Shown one piece after another: positions 49,665-59,144 of a stretch of 64,000 nucleotides of DNA. The DNA comes from Nitrospirales bacterium (GTDB lineage: Bacteria; Nitrospirota; Nitrospiria; Nitrospirales; UBA8639): NCBI GenBank assembly GCA_963555755.3, contig OY820905.2:1696001-1760000 (forward strand), written 5' to 3'. The notes under the pieces are model-generated. The model did not search any database and was not told the DNA's origin. It was given only the letters and a program-made list of their open reading frames with translations. The position numbers were made by a program, and so were the translations under genes. Position 1 is the first letter of the stretch; each line of letters starts with the position of its first letter.

Positions 49665-50918
49665 CTATCCTTCCAATTCCCCAGCGAGAATAATGGCTTC
49701 GGCAATCTCTCGCATGGATTTCCGCATATTCATGCTTTGACGTTGAATCAGGCGAAACGCTTCGCCTTCAGACATCTTCCGTGACTGCATGAGGTGCCCC
49801 TTGGCCCGCTCCACTAACTTACGGACGGCCAACGCTTCTTGCATCTCAAAAGATTTATCCACAAGCCGCGTATGCTCAATCGCCACCGCCGCTTGATTGG
49901 CAATGGCCTGAATAATCTTAACCTCTTCAGCTTTAAAACTATGAACCGTTGAGGTATAGACATTAAGCACCCCAATGACCTGGTCCTTGCTCATCATGGG
50001 AACCGACAACAACGAGCATAGGCCTTCTTGTTTGGCTAAATCTCGATAATGAAAATCTTCTTCCTTCGTCACCTCTGAAACATAAATCGGGCGCTGCTCC
50101 TTCACGGCACGACCACTGACACTTTGTCCAATCTTCAACGACGGCTTTCGTCGATACGCCTCACTGAGGCTTTGCGTCGCCGCAATCCGCAGCTCACCGC
50201 TGGGCTCATCTACCAACATGAGCGAACAAATTTTTGACTTCATCATTTCCGCCGTCATGGTCACGATTAATTCCAATACATCATCAATGAGTCGATTAGA
50301 TGACACGGTTTCAGATACTTGAGACAGGGTATCCAATTGAAGGGCTTGTCGACGCATTTCTTCATACAACCGAGCATTCTCAATCGCCCCACCCACCTGG
50401 TTGGCAATGGTTGATAACAACGCCAACTCCGCGTCGTGATACCGCTTGGTTCGTTTGTGCTGAATATTAATCACGCCCACAACATGGCCTTGCGTGACAA
50501 TGGGAAGCGACACAAACGCTTGATAGCGATCTTCAGGTAAATTGTGGAAAAATCGGAATCGGGGATCGTCACTGGCATTGCGAGGAATCACGACACGAAC
50601 TTTCTCTTGCGCAACCCATCCCGTAATTCCTTCCCCAAGCCCGAGAGATGTTCGTCCAATCAATTTAGGATGCGGGTTCTTCGAGGCCCTCAAGATCAGT
50701 TCATCACGATTCGGGGAAACTAAATACAGCAAACACGAGTCGGCTTTGGTTACCTCCACGACGACTTCGACGATATGTTTTAGCACGGATTGTAAATCTA
50801 ACGTGCTGCTAATGGACTCGCTGATCCGATATAACACTTCCACTTCGCGAGTGCGTTCGCGAAGGACCACTGTGACATCTTTTGAGGGTCGACGTGGTTT
50901 GGCTTTGGTTACACTCAT
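49665..50918 (-). CDS. GAF-GAF-ANTAR RNA-binding antitermination regulator
   Basis: Two GAF repeats (GEGITGWVA / GQSVSGRAV; LSTIANQ / IQAIANQ); ANTAR RKLVERAKGHLM...EAFRLIQRQSMNMRKSMREIAEAII. Confidence 0.93.
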   Translation of the reverse strand: MSVTKAKPRRPSKDVTVVLRERTREVEVLYRISESISSTLDLQSVLKHIVEVVVEVTKADSCLLYLVSPNRDELILRASKNPHPKLIGRTSLGLGEGITGWVAQEKVRVVIPRNASDDPRFRFFHNLPEDRYQAFVSLPIVTQGHVVGVINIQHKRTKRYHDAELALLSTIANQVGGAIENARLYEEMRRQALQLDTLSQVSETVSSNRLIDDVLELIVTMTAEMMKSKICSLMLVDEPSGELRIAATQSLSEAYRRKPSLKIGQSVSGRAVKEQRPIYVSEVTKEEDFHYRDLAKQEGLCSLLSVPMMSKDQVIGVLNVYTSTVHSFKAEEVKIIQAIANQAAVAIEHTRLVDKSFEMQEALAVRKLVERAKGHLMQSRKMSEGEAFRLIQRQSMNMRKSMREIAEAIILAGELEG

Positions 50919-50973
50919 GAAGCCCTACGTGCCACAGTGAAAAGGGTTGTAATTTTTGACACACAACTCGCTA

Positions 50974-52089
50974 TCATGCTCGGCTCTTTTCAAGTTGGCC
51001 GAACCAAGACTTCACGGATTTTTGGTCTAAGGGAACCACGGTCACGGTTCCCACCGCTTTGGGGAGGACGCAGTGAATCCGACCGTGAGCCACTTTTTTA
51101 TCATGGAGCATGGCTCCCCATAAATCACGAAAATTCAATTTTGGTAACCCCAATGGAAGCCCCGTCCGTCTCACAAGGTCCCATTGCCGAGTGACGACCT
51201 GCTCTGAACACAACCCGAGGGAATGTGCAAGGTCAGCCTCATGCACCATCCCAATCCCTACAGCCTCACCATGGATATACGTCTTGTACTTTCCTAACGA
51301 TTCCAAGGCATGGCCAATGGTATGACCATAATTCAAAATTCGACGCAAGCCTGATTCTCTCTCATCCTTAGCCACCACCAACGCTTTAATTTCACAGCAG
51401 CGCTTCACCACGTGGTGCAACACGGTATCGTCCATTTTGACAAGATCATCGATTCGTCTTTCGAGAAAAGCAAAAAAAATTTTGTCGGCAATCATGCCAT
51501 ATTTCACCACTTCGGCGAGTCCTGCTATCCACTCTCGTTTGGGCAGAGTGTGTAAGGTCTGTGTATCCAAAAGAACCAACGAGGGCTGGTAAAAGGCGCC
51601 AATCATATTTTTTCCCAAGGGGTGATTCACTCCGGTTTTTCCACCAACACTGGAATCCACCTGAGCCACCAACGTGGTCGCCACCTGCACAACCGGAATG
51701 CCTCGTAGATACACCGAGGCCACAAACCCCGTGATATCCCCGATCACCCCGCCTCCCAATGCCACCAGTATCGACTGCCGTTCGAAGCGTTGAGCCATCA
51801 ATTGGTCAAGGATGTGCGAGACCCAGCGAAGAGTCTTGGCACGCTCGCCGTCCGGAATGCAGATCATATGGCATTCATACCCTGCTCGCTTCACAGACTG
51901 CGAAACAGTCCGGCCATACAGGCTCTGCACAATCGGATTGGTGATAATGCCGACTTTCCCAGCATAGCCAAGATCTTGCAGGTACTGGCCCAATTGTTTA
52001 AGACCGCCAGGATGAATGATAATGTCGTAGCTCCGATTCCCAAGTCGGACCGGAACGCGTTCATGATTTTTGGTATGAGGCTGAGACAC
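50974..52089 (-). CDS. aroB: 3-dehydroquinate synthase
   Basis: GGGVIGD, AQVDSSVGGKTG, LNYGHT, HGEAV. Confidence 0.96.
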   Translation of the reverse strand: MSQPHTKNHERVPVRLGNRSYDIIIHPGGLKQLGQYLQDLGYAGKVGIITNPIVQSLYGRTVSQSVKRAGYECHMICIPDGERAKTLRWVSHILDQLMAQRFERQSILVALGGGVIGDITGFVASVYLRGIPVVQVATTLVAQVDSSVGGKTGVNHPLGKNMIGAFYQPSLVLLDTQTLHTLPKREWIAGLAEVVKYGMIADKIFFAFLERRIDDLVKMDDTVLHHVVKRCCEIKALVVAKDERESGLRRILNYGHTIGHALESLGKYKTYIHGEAVGIGMVHEADLAHSLGLCSEQVVTRQWDLVRRTGLPLGLPKLNFRDLWGAMLHDKKVAHGRIHCVLPKAVGTVTVVPLDQKSVKSWFGQLEKSRA

Positions 52090-52129
52090 GAATCTGTACG
52101 CTTTCTTTTCTATCCGCTACCCAAGGAAC

Positions 52130-52248
52130 GGGGCTGTTCAAAAGAGCCTCCAGCAAGGCCGCTGGGACTTTGGCGCGCGGAGCGTACGCCAGTACGTGAG
52201 CACGACAAAGTCCCGAGAACGCCGCTGGTGGCTTTTCTGAACAGCCCC
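52130..52248. mobile_element. Family E element abutting the aroC stop codon
   Basis: GGGGCTGTTCAAAAGAGCC...GGCTTTTCTGAACAGCCCC; core GCGTACGCCAGTACGTGAG. Confidence 0.85.
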
Positions 52249-53408
52249 TAAAAGGATTTCACATAGGCTTGATACGCATCAAAATTTCGCTTCATCTCTT
52301 CAAGACTGTCACCACCGAATTTTTCCATCATGGCATTGGCTATCTCGTACGCAATGACAGCTTCACCAACGACACCGGCTGCCGGGACGGTGCAAATATC
52401 GGATCGTTCAACCGTAGCTTCGAAAGGTTCTTTCGTGAGAATGTCCACGCTGTGTTTCGGTTTGTATAGTGTCGCAATCGGTTTCATGGCGACACGAATG
52501 ACAATTGGTTGGCCATTGGTAATCCCGCCTTCTAACCCACCCGCATTGTTGGTCTTTCGCAGAAAGCCCGTGCGAGACTCGTTTGGATAGATGTCGTCAT
52601 GGACTTCCGAGCCAAATCGGCGAGCTGATTCAAAACCCATGCCGATTTCTACCCCCTTCATGGCTTGGATGCTCATCGCCGCCATAGCGAGTCTGGCACT
52701 CAATCGACGATCCCATTGGGTGTAACTGCCCAACCCGATTGGCGGATTAGTCACGACCACTTCAAACACCCCACCGAGGGAATCGCCTTTATGTTTGGCT
52801 GAACGAATTTCTTCGATCATTTTTTCTCCAGCCGCTTGATTCCAGCACCGCACTTGTGATTCTTCGGCCTTGGCAAAGGCCAGTAACGGATCATCAGGGG
52901 CTGGAGCCGCTACCCTTCCAATTTCCATGGTATAACTGACAACTTGCATTCCAAATTGGCCCAACAGGGCTTTCCCCACCGCGCCAACCGCAACCCGAAT
53001 GGCAGTCTCGCGAGCGCTGGCTTTTTCAAGCACGTTCCGAATATCACGATGCCCATACTTAATCGCTCCGACGAGATCAGCATGACCGGGACGGGGCCGA
53101 GTCACGACACGTTCTGTCGAGGGAGGCCCTGGCTCAACCGCCATAATGTCTTTCCAATTTTCCCAATCTTTGTTACGAACGATGAGGCCAAGAGGATTGC
53201 CAAGAGTCTTGCCATTTCGCACTCCACAGGAAAATTCAATTTGATCTTTCTCAATACGCATTCGCCCGCCACGACCATACCCCCCTTGCCGCCTCGCGAG
53301 ATCGTGATTCACCTCTTCCGCGGTTAAGGGCAACCCGGCCGGAACACCTTCAAGCACCGCCATGAGGCATTGTCCATGAGACTCACCTGCGTTTAAATAG
53401 CGCAACAT
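52248..53408 (-). CDS. aroC: Chorismate synthase
   Basis: AGESHG, RPGHAD, SARETA, AMKPI, RSD. Confidence 0.97.
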   Translation of the reverse strand: MLRYLNAGESHGQCLMAVLEGVPAGLPLTAEEVNHDLARRQGGYGRGGRMRIEKDQIEFSCGVRNGKTLGNPLGLIVRNKDWENWKDIMAVEPGPPSTERVVTRPRPGHADLVGAIKYGHRDIRNVLEKASARETAIRVAVGAVGKALLGQFGMQVVSYTMEIGRVAAPAPDDPLLAFAKAEESQVRCWNQAAGEKMIEEIRSAKHKGDSLGGVFEVVVTNPPIGLGSYTQWDRRLSARLAMAAMSIQAMKGVEIGMGFESARRFGSEVHDDIYPNESRTGFLRKTNNAGGLEGGITNGQPIVIRVAMKPIATLYKPKHSVDILTKEPFEATVERSDICTVPAAGVVGEAVIAYEIANAMMEKFGGDSLEEMKRNFDAYQAYVKSF

Positions 53409-53562
53409 ATCGACACCCTATGTTAACGAAACGAACAAACACCACGTTCTTTCATAAACCGTGAATTGATTAAAATTTTCTTGGATGAAAATTAAATCGA
53501 AGAAGGCATGTCCTCGATAATCATTTGAAAGACGGCACTGCCCATCACACCCAAGCCCACCA

Positions 53563-53901
53563 TCATTCATGGACCTTCCGTGCAGGCAAGGATAAACGCA
53601 CAGTTAATTGATCCCCCATGGCCTTAATCGCATATCGGAGCCCCTTGTCGAGCGGATGGTTAAGATCAAACACAACCCGTAATTTCTTGGGATGTTGACC
53701 AATCCGAATTCGTTTCAGCAGCAGATGATCGACAGGCAATACTTGAAAGCGAATCGCCGAGACAACATTCGGCAGATCAAGACTCAATCGCTGTGAGTCA
53801 ACCGGACTGAGTCGATACGTCAGAGGACCAGTACCTTGAATCACAATGGTAATGTCATCAACTCCCCGTTGAACGACAATTTTTTTAATAGCACGTCTCA
53901 A
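53563..53901 (-). CDS. Stand-alone AMIN domain; possible remnant of pilQ
   Basis: RLSLDL, RIRIGQH, LRVVFDL; occupies the pilQ position; no signal peptide or secretin domain. Confidence 0.65.
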   Translation of the reverse strand: MRRAIKKIVVQRGVDDITIVIQGTGPLTYRLSPVDSQRLSLDLPNVVSAIRFQVLPVDHLLLKRIRIGQHPKKLRVVFDLNHPLDKGLRYAIKAMGDQLTVRLSLPARKVHE

Positions 53902-53913
53902 ATATTCTCATTC

Positions 53914-54071
53914 GGGTTCGCACAAAAATAACTTCCTATGTTTGGGTGTTGATGCGCCTGTCTGGCAAGGCGCGAGGACTCCGCATACTCCTCGGTATGG
54001 AAAGGACGAGCAACGCCGCCAGACGGGATGGATCGACGCCCAAACATAGAAAGTTATTCTTGCGCGAACCC
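53914..54071. mobile_element. Family B element supplying the pilP-like stop codon
   Basis: TIR GGGTTCGC(A/G)CAA(A/G)AATAACTT. Confidence 0.85.
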
Positions 54072-54569
54072 TTTGTGAGAAAACACTAACGTCTTTTTTA
54101 ATATGTGATTGTCGTCTTGTGCATCCAACAATCTGGTAAGCACCACCGTATTCCTGGTGATCCGAGTGACTCTTTCAGATGTCTTTTCCAGGACGCTCCC
54201 TGGCCCAACCATGACACGCTCCCCATTCGGCAATTTCAAAAGAGCCTGATACCCTCGTTTTCCAGAAATGATTCCGAGTAGCGTCACTGTGCTCTCAGGG
54301 TTTCCTGAATCCGATAATTCAGTAGCGTCAGACTCGTCTGGGGAACCGGGAAATGGCAAAGGAACAAAAGGATCTCGACGGTTTCCAACGTGATAAGTGT
54401 AGGGTTGACTCACAGCCTGTTCAAAGAGCGATTCTGCCAATTCCAAGACAGGACGAGGCTCCGGCATCTGTGCCGAAACAAATACGGGATCGGCGATTCC
54501 CATTCCGGTTATTCCCAGGGCTAGGGAGGCCGCAAAAAAAATGTTGGGCAAACATGGAATCCGCTCCAT
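54054..54569 (-). CDS. PilP-like pilus assembly protein
   Basis: RRDPFVP, LLGII, position after pilO. Confidence 0.7.
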   Translation of the reverse strand: MERIPCLPNIFFAASLALGITGMGIADPVFVSAQMPEPRPVLELAESLFEQAVSQPYTYHVGNRRDPFVPLPFPGSPDESDATELSDSGNPESTVTLLGIISGKRGYQALLKLPNGERVMVGPGSVLEKTSERVTRITRNTVVLTRLLDAQDDNHILKKTLVFSHKGFAQE

Positions 54570-54579
54570 CCTTGTGCCT

Positions 54580-55212
54580 CTAGCCTTTATTGGTTATCCG
54601 TTCATCAATGACAGACATGTGGTTATTGTCGGCAAGGGTTTGGACATTCCTACTATATCCCATCAAATCGATAATGGCCCGAACCATCGGCATTCCGTCA
54701 TCGGTATCATCACCGTGCATCGTGAGTGCCGTCACACCCATCGTCTTGGAAAGATACTGTATATGCTCAAGGAACTGAGCCACATGATGATACCCACCCT
54801 CCACTTGAAGTTGAAGGTACGTGGCGTGGGCCTGACTTGACGACTCGATGTCCCGTTTCTTCGGTTTCCACAATGTTAAAATAATTCCGGTTTCTTGAGC
54901 GATGCTCGACATATCAGAAAGGACCTGACTCATGGGAACATCTAACCCAAGTCGCTCCTCTTGTCGAGACACGATGGACTGCCACTGCAAAAATTCTTTC
55001 TGCGCTTTGCCAAGCTGGTTTTCGGATTGGGTCTCGAGCTTCAACGTATGATCAAGAATTCGCAATTCTCCTACCAATGTATCGATCTCTATCACGAGGG
55101 GATCAGCAATCAACCAATAAAACCCCACCCCAGATATAGCTAGAAAAAGACCAACCAGAGAAACCTTCTGCACAAATGGTGTCACCTCGAACCATTCAAG
55201 AAGACGTGACAT
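54580..55212 (-). CDS. pilO: Type IVa pilus biogenesis protein PilO
   Basis: N-terminal TM and coiled coil, VEGGYHHVAQFLEHI. Confidence 0.85.
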   Translation of the reverse strand: MSRLLEWFEVTPFVQKVSLVGLFLAISGVGFYWLIADPLVIEIDTLVGELRILDHTLKLETQSENQLGKAQKEFLQWQSIVSRQEERLGLDVPMSQVLSDMSSIAQETGIILTLWKPKKRDIESSSQAHATYLQLQVEGGYHHVAQFLEHIQYLSKTMGVTALTMHGDDTDDGMPMVRAIIDLMGYSRNVQTLADNNHMSVIDERITNKG

Positions 55213-55768
55213 GGTTGAACTCTGCTCTCAAAAGAAGGTTCATGGTAAAATTATATTTTGAGGGTTTTCCCGATACTTGTCCTGTTTCAAGAACCGTCAC
55301 CTCTTGAAAGAGCCCATCCCGTTTCAAGTATTGCACGAACTGAACAATTTGGGCTTTGGAGTCGGCAAACCCCATGAGCGTGACTTGGTCCTGTTGCATT
55401 TCCAGTCTGATCAACCAGAGTTTTAAAGGATCCAGGCTACGACTTACCGTGTCCAAGAGTTGAATCGACCGTCGCTGCTGACCCATCAAATGAATGACTT
55501 GTCGACTCCTTTTCCTCAAGTCTGCCGTGTATCGATTGATCTCCTTAAGTTGGCTATACGTACGTTCCCATTCCGCAAGCTGTGTGGTTTTTTGCTCCTT
55601 CTCCTTTTGAAATTGCCCGAGGGATTGGTCCAAATCCGCCCAGACGAATCCGCACACAGCTATCGTACCCAGAACAATCAACAGCACGACGGCGGCTTCG
55701 CCCTGACACCGCCGACGTTGACGGTGTTCATTCTCAAGTGTACAACGAAGAAGATTAATGGCGATCAT
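55196..55768 (-). CDS. pilN: Type IVa pilus biogenesis protein PilN
   Basis: MIAINLL, TM, coiled coil, LWL, GFA. Confidence 0.85.
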   Translation of the reverse strand: MIAINLLRCTLENEHRQRRRCQGEAAVVLLIVLGTIAVCGFVWADLDQSLGQFQKEKEQKTTQLAEWERTYSQLKEINRYTADLRKRSRQVIHLMGQQRRSIQLLDTVSRSLDPLKLWLIRLEMQQDQVTLMGFADSKAQIVQFVQYLKRDGLFQEVTVLETGQVSGKPSKYNFTMNLLLRAEFNHVTSS

Positions 55769-55778
55769 GACAAAGCTC

Positions 55779-56870
55779 TCATCCGTGTTGGGCTCGGAGA
55801 GCCAATCCCCCTGCTACGCCGGAGGAGGGAGCCAAGGGCCGAGCACTCCTTCTCCCTCTACTCCATTCTAAAGATGCAACAGGATCGATGAGAGAAAGAG
55901 GAAGCATGAGCGATTGCCTGAGTTCTTCTAGAAACTGGGAACTGTTCCAACCTCTTCCACCGAGAAACACACATTCAATATCCAGGTCAGGCTGTAATTC
56001 TCGCGCACCTTCCACGGTTCGCTTCAGTTCACTCACGATTTCAAACCAAGACATCTTTTCCGACAGGGAAGAATCCGTCTCTTGAGAAGCTTGGGCCTCA
56101 TGGAACCACTGAGGTTGGCCTAAATTCTCGGACGTACCATCGGCAAAACGTTGATTGGAAAGAGAAGGCACACTCACATCACGCAGGAGGAGTGGTTGCC
56201 CCTGTGCCACCACCACGACATTCATTATGCCACCATCGAGATTGGCAAGGAGGTAAGAGTTGTGGGTTTGAACCTCTGCATTCAGTGAAGCCAAATTGAG
56301 ACATGCGAGGGCCTCGACATCACAAATTACCGGATGCACATTGACTTCTTCCAACACATCCCTTCGCTCGTCAACCGCATCGCGCTTGGCCGCCACCAAA
56401 AGAAGGGCAATCTCTTCGCTGCTGGCGACCTGGGAAACTGATGAACACACAGAAAAATCAAGATACACATCATCGGGATCATAGGGAATATAGTGAGCAC
56501 CCTCCCACCTCAGGTAGGCGTCCAGGTCATGGTGATGACGTGTCGGCACATGAATGCGTTTCACCATTACCGAAGCCCCATTGACCGCCATCGCTACGGA
56601 AGCACCTTTGAGTCTGTATTTGTGAACAAACGCATGCAGAGTTGCAACAAGTGATGATCTATTGGTGATCCTCCCTTGTTCAATGACATTGGGGGCAAGG
56701 GGTTCAGATCCCCACCGACTGACATGATCGCGGCCTCGTCGATGTTGCAACTCAACAAACGTAATGGCATGTGACCCCATATCCAAGCCAATCGTAGAAT
56801 GGGATTTCGACCATGGCCAAAACGTCTGAAGTTTTTGAAAAATTGTTGATGGTCGAACGGTAGGCATCAT
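55779..56870 (-). CDS. pilM: Type IVa pilus assembly protein PilM (start uncertain)
   Basis: IGLDMGS, HYIPYDPDDVYLDF, LLVAAKR, AGGLALR. Confidence 0.88.
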   Translation of the reverse strand: MMPTVRPSTIFQKLQTFWPWSKSHSTIGLDMGSHAITFVELQHRRGRDHVSRWGSEPLAPNVIEQGRITNRSSLVATLHAFVHKYRLKGASVAMAVNGASVMVKRIHVPTRHHHDLDAYLRWEGAHYIPYDPDDVYLDFSVCSSVSQVASSEEIALLLVAAKRDAVDERRDVLEEVNVHPVICDVEALACLNLASLNAEVQTHNSYLLANLDGGIMNVVVVAQGQPLLLRDVSVPSLSNQRFADGTSENLGQPQWFHEAQASQETDSSLSEKMSWFEIVSELKRTVEGARELQPDLDIECVFLGGRGWNSSQFLEELRQSLMLPLSLIDPVASLEWSRGRRSARPLAPSSGVAGGLALRAQHG

Positions 56871-57069
56871 AGAAAAACGGCTCGGCAACGCAACGAAAAA
56901 CTCCCGCCTATTCCAGGAATAACAATGGAACACTGGCGACAGAGGTTACCCCCCCAACCCTACACTGTTGGCCGATTTTCCGTCAAACAACCCATGTGTA
57001 ATACCAACTGTTATGGTCGAAACTCACGGGAATCTTGAAAGAAGCCGAGGAGAGGGACAGAATCGACGT

Positions 57070-58118
57070 GATGGATCGACAGACAAACAAGGGAAGCTAT
57101 TTTTGCCCGAGCCCTTAGGACCTGAGAGAAACTAACTTGGACAATATCGCGCCAAGATTGGGGTCGGATGTGGACGGAACGATTGAGAAAAACCCGAGGC
57201 ATAGCACAGCTATGTTGAGGGTTTATCGATTGAGACCCGTTCAACCTAGAAACGGCGGTTGGGCGCAAAACAGACGTGTAAGATATTGGTGTGCATGGTG
57301 AAATACAAAAAATCGTGGTCACCTCTCTGGTGATGAGACCTTTTTGTATTTTGCGAGGTGCCTGTCCGACGATCGTGACGAGGGGGTGCTGGTTTGAGTC
57401 AGATGTTTCGATCCTTTGAGGCGAATAGTGGGACTATTCAACGAAAATGGGGAAGGTTGAAAAAGGCCGTCCAGCAAGGCCGCAGGGCTTTGGGCGCGCG
57501 GAGCGTACACGCAGTACGTGAGCACGCCAAAAGCCCGAGAACGCAGCTGGCGGTCTTTTTCAACCTTCCCCGAAAAGAATCGGAAGATCTGGCCACATCC
57601 AGCACACCCGCAGTAGATCAGTCTAATCTTGGACAGGCTCCTAGGTTGCGCCAAGAGCTTGCGCGGACTTTTGTGATCCAACTGCCGTTTCTAGGTTCAA
57701 AGCTGGCCCGAAGATTGGATGCGAGATGTCCAAGTTAGTTTCTCTCAGGTCCTTAGGGTTCGCGAAACAATAACCTCCCAGAATTCGCGCCCAGGTTTGG
57801 GTCAGGTTGGGCCGATCTGAGTGAGCAAAACCGCAGGCGTATCCAAGGCCTACGCTGAGGATTTTGCGAGTGAAGATCGGCCCAAGATGGCCTAAAGGTG
57901 GGATGCGAAAATGGGAAGTTATTGTTGCGCGAGCCCTTAGGACCTGAAAGAAAATAACTTGGACAAAATCGCGCCAAGATTTGGGTCGGATTTGGACGGA
58001 ACGATTGAGGAAAATCCGAGACATAGCACAGCTATGTTGAGGCTTTTTCGATTGAGGCGCGTTCAAAGGAGGCCCGAAGATTGGATGCGAGATGTCCAAG
58101 TTAGTTTCTCTCAGGTCC
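57070..58118. mobile_element. MITE pile-up: B arm (57070-57114), A (57118-57752) containing C (57244-57696) containing D (57358-57640) containing E (57449-57571), then B-prime (57756-57936) and A (57940-58118)
   Basis: Outer units separated by TTA; C flanked by duplicated TCA; removing inserts restores the near-complete host elements. Confidence 0.9.
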
Positions 58119-59003
58119 TTAAGTTCGATGGATGTCACGGTGACGAACAGGGACATCATGCCCAAGCGATAAAAACACCTGTTGCAGTCGAAGGGCCACC
58201 GCAACGGATCGATGACGGCCCCCTGTACAGCCAATAGCCACCGTTAAATAACTTCGCCGTTCCTGTTCAAACAGCGGAAAAAGAAATACGAAGAGTCGTT
58301 GTAAGTGCTGCACGAAACCTTCGGCCTCCGACATTTCAAACACATAGCGTTGGACCTCTTCCTGTTCCCCGGTCAATGTCTTCAACTCCGGAACGAAATT
58401 CGGATTGTGAAGAAAACGGACATCAAACACTAAATCAGCATCATAGGGCACACCGAATTTGTACCCAAACGTCAGGAGAGAGATTCGCATCGATTGCCTG
58501 TGATCCACATCGCCAAAATGCCGTGCCATCCAATCACGCAGTTCATGCACCGTCATTGCGGACGTATCCAGCACTCGATCGGCACCGGCTCGCAGTTCTT
58601 GTATCTGTTGTCGCTCTAATTGAATTCCCTCGACCACCGGCTGCTGAGGGAGAAGAGGGTGAGGCCTGCGGGATTCGGAAAATCGACGGGTCAGCACCTC
58701 ATCACTGGCTTCCAGAAAGAGGAGTTCTACGGAATAGGTGCTTTTTTTTAAGCGGGAAAGATTGTCAAAAAAGTCGGCAAAAAATCCACGTTCACGAATA
58801 TCAATGCCCAAGGCAACATCTCGAACGTCTCCACTCCGTTGGGCACAGAGTTCGGCAAATTTTGGAAACAAGGCTGGCGGAAGGTTATCCACACAAAAAA
58901 AACCAAGGTCCTCCAAGCATTTCAACGCCTGGGTTTTCCCAGATCCCGAAGCTCCACTGACTATGACAAGCTGAAATGACTTATCTGAACTGTTTGACTC
59001 CAC
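58119..59003 (-). CDS. rapZ: RNase adapter RapZ (YvcJ)
   Basis: SGASGSGKT, VDNLP, DVRFL, GCTGGRHRSV; GGAGG RBS. Confidence 0.95.
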   Translation of the reverse strand: MESNSSDKSFQLVIVSGASGSGKTQALKCLEDLGFFCVDNLPPALFPKFAELCAQRSGDVRDVALGIDIRERGFFADFFDNLSRLKKSTYSVELLFLEASDEVLTRRFSESRRPHPLLPQQPVVEGIQLERQQIQELRAGADRVLDTSAMTVHELRDWMARHFGDVDHRQSMRISLLTFGYKFGVPYDADLVFDVRFLHNPNFVPELKTLTGEQEEVQRYVFEMSEAEGFVQHLQRLFVFLFPLFEQERRSYLTVAIGCTGGRHRSVAVALRLQQVFLSLGHDVPVRHRDIHRT

Positions 59004-59144
59004 ATTTCCTCCCTACGGCATCAAAAATCAATGGCCAATGTTCGTTAAGGCAGTCAGGGATGAAGAGTTGGTGATCGTAGCTACTCAGGAAGACACATGG
59101 ATCATACATAATCCCAAGACGCGAGGCCCCACTCCACCTGGAAG

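Noticed and set aside
50919..50936. Sigma-54 promoter upstream of the ANTAR gene (TGGCAC on the minus strand)
   Set aside because: No TTGC at -12 and too close to the ATG
57011..58237. Recurrent 'hypothetical proteins' such as 57319-57681, 57394-57738, 57641-58234 (also 579-845, 25005-25418, 37780-38289, 43212-43562)
   Set aside because: Translations of palindromic repeats; frames and stops are not conserved between copies and they lack RBSs
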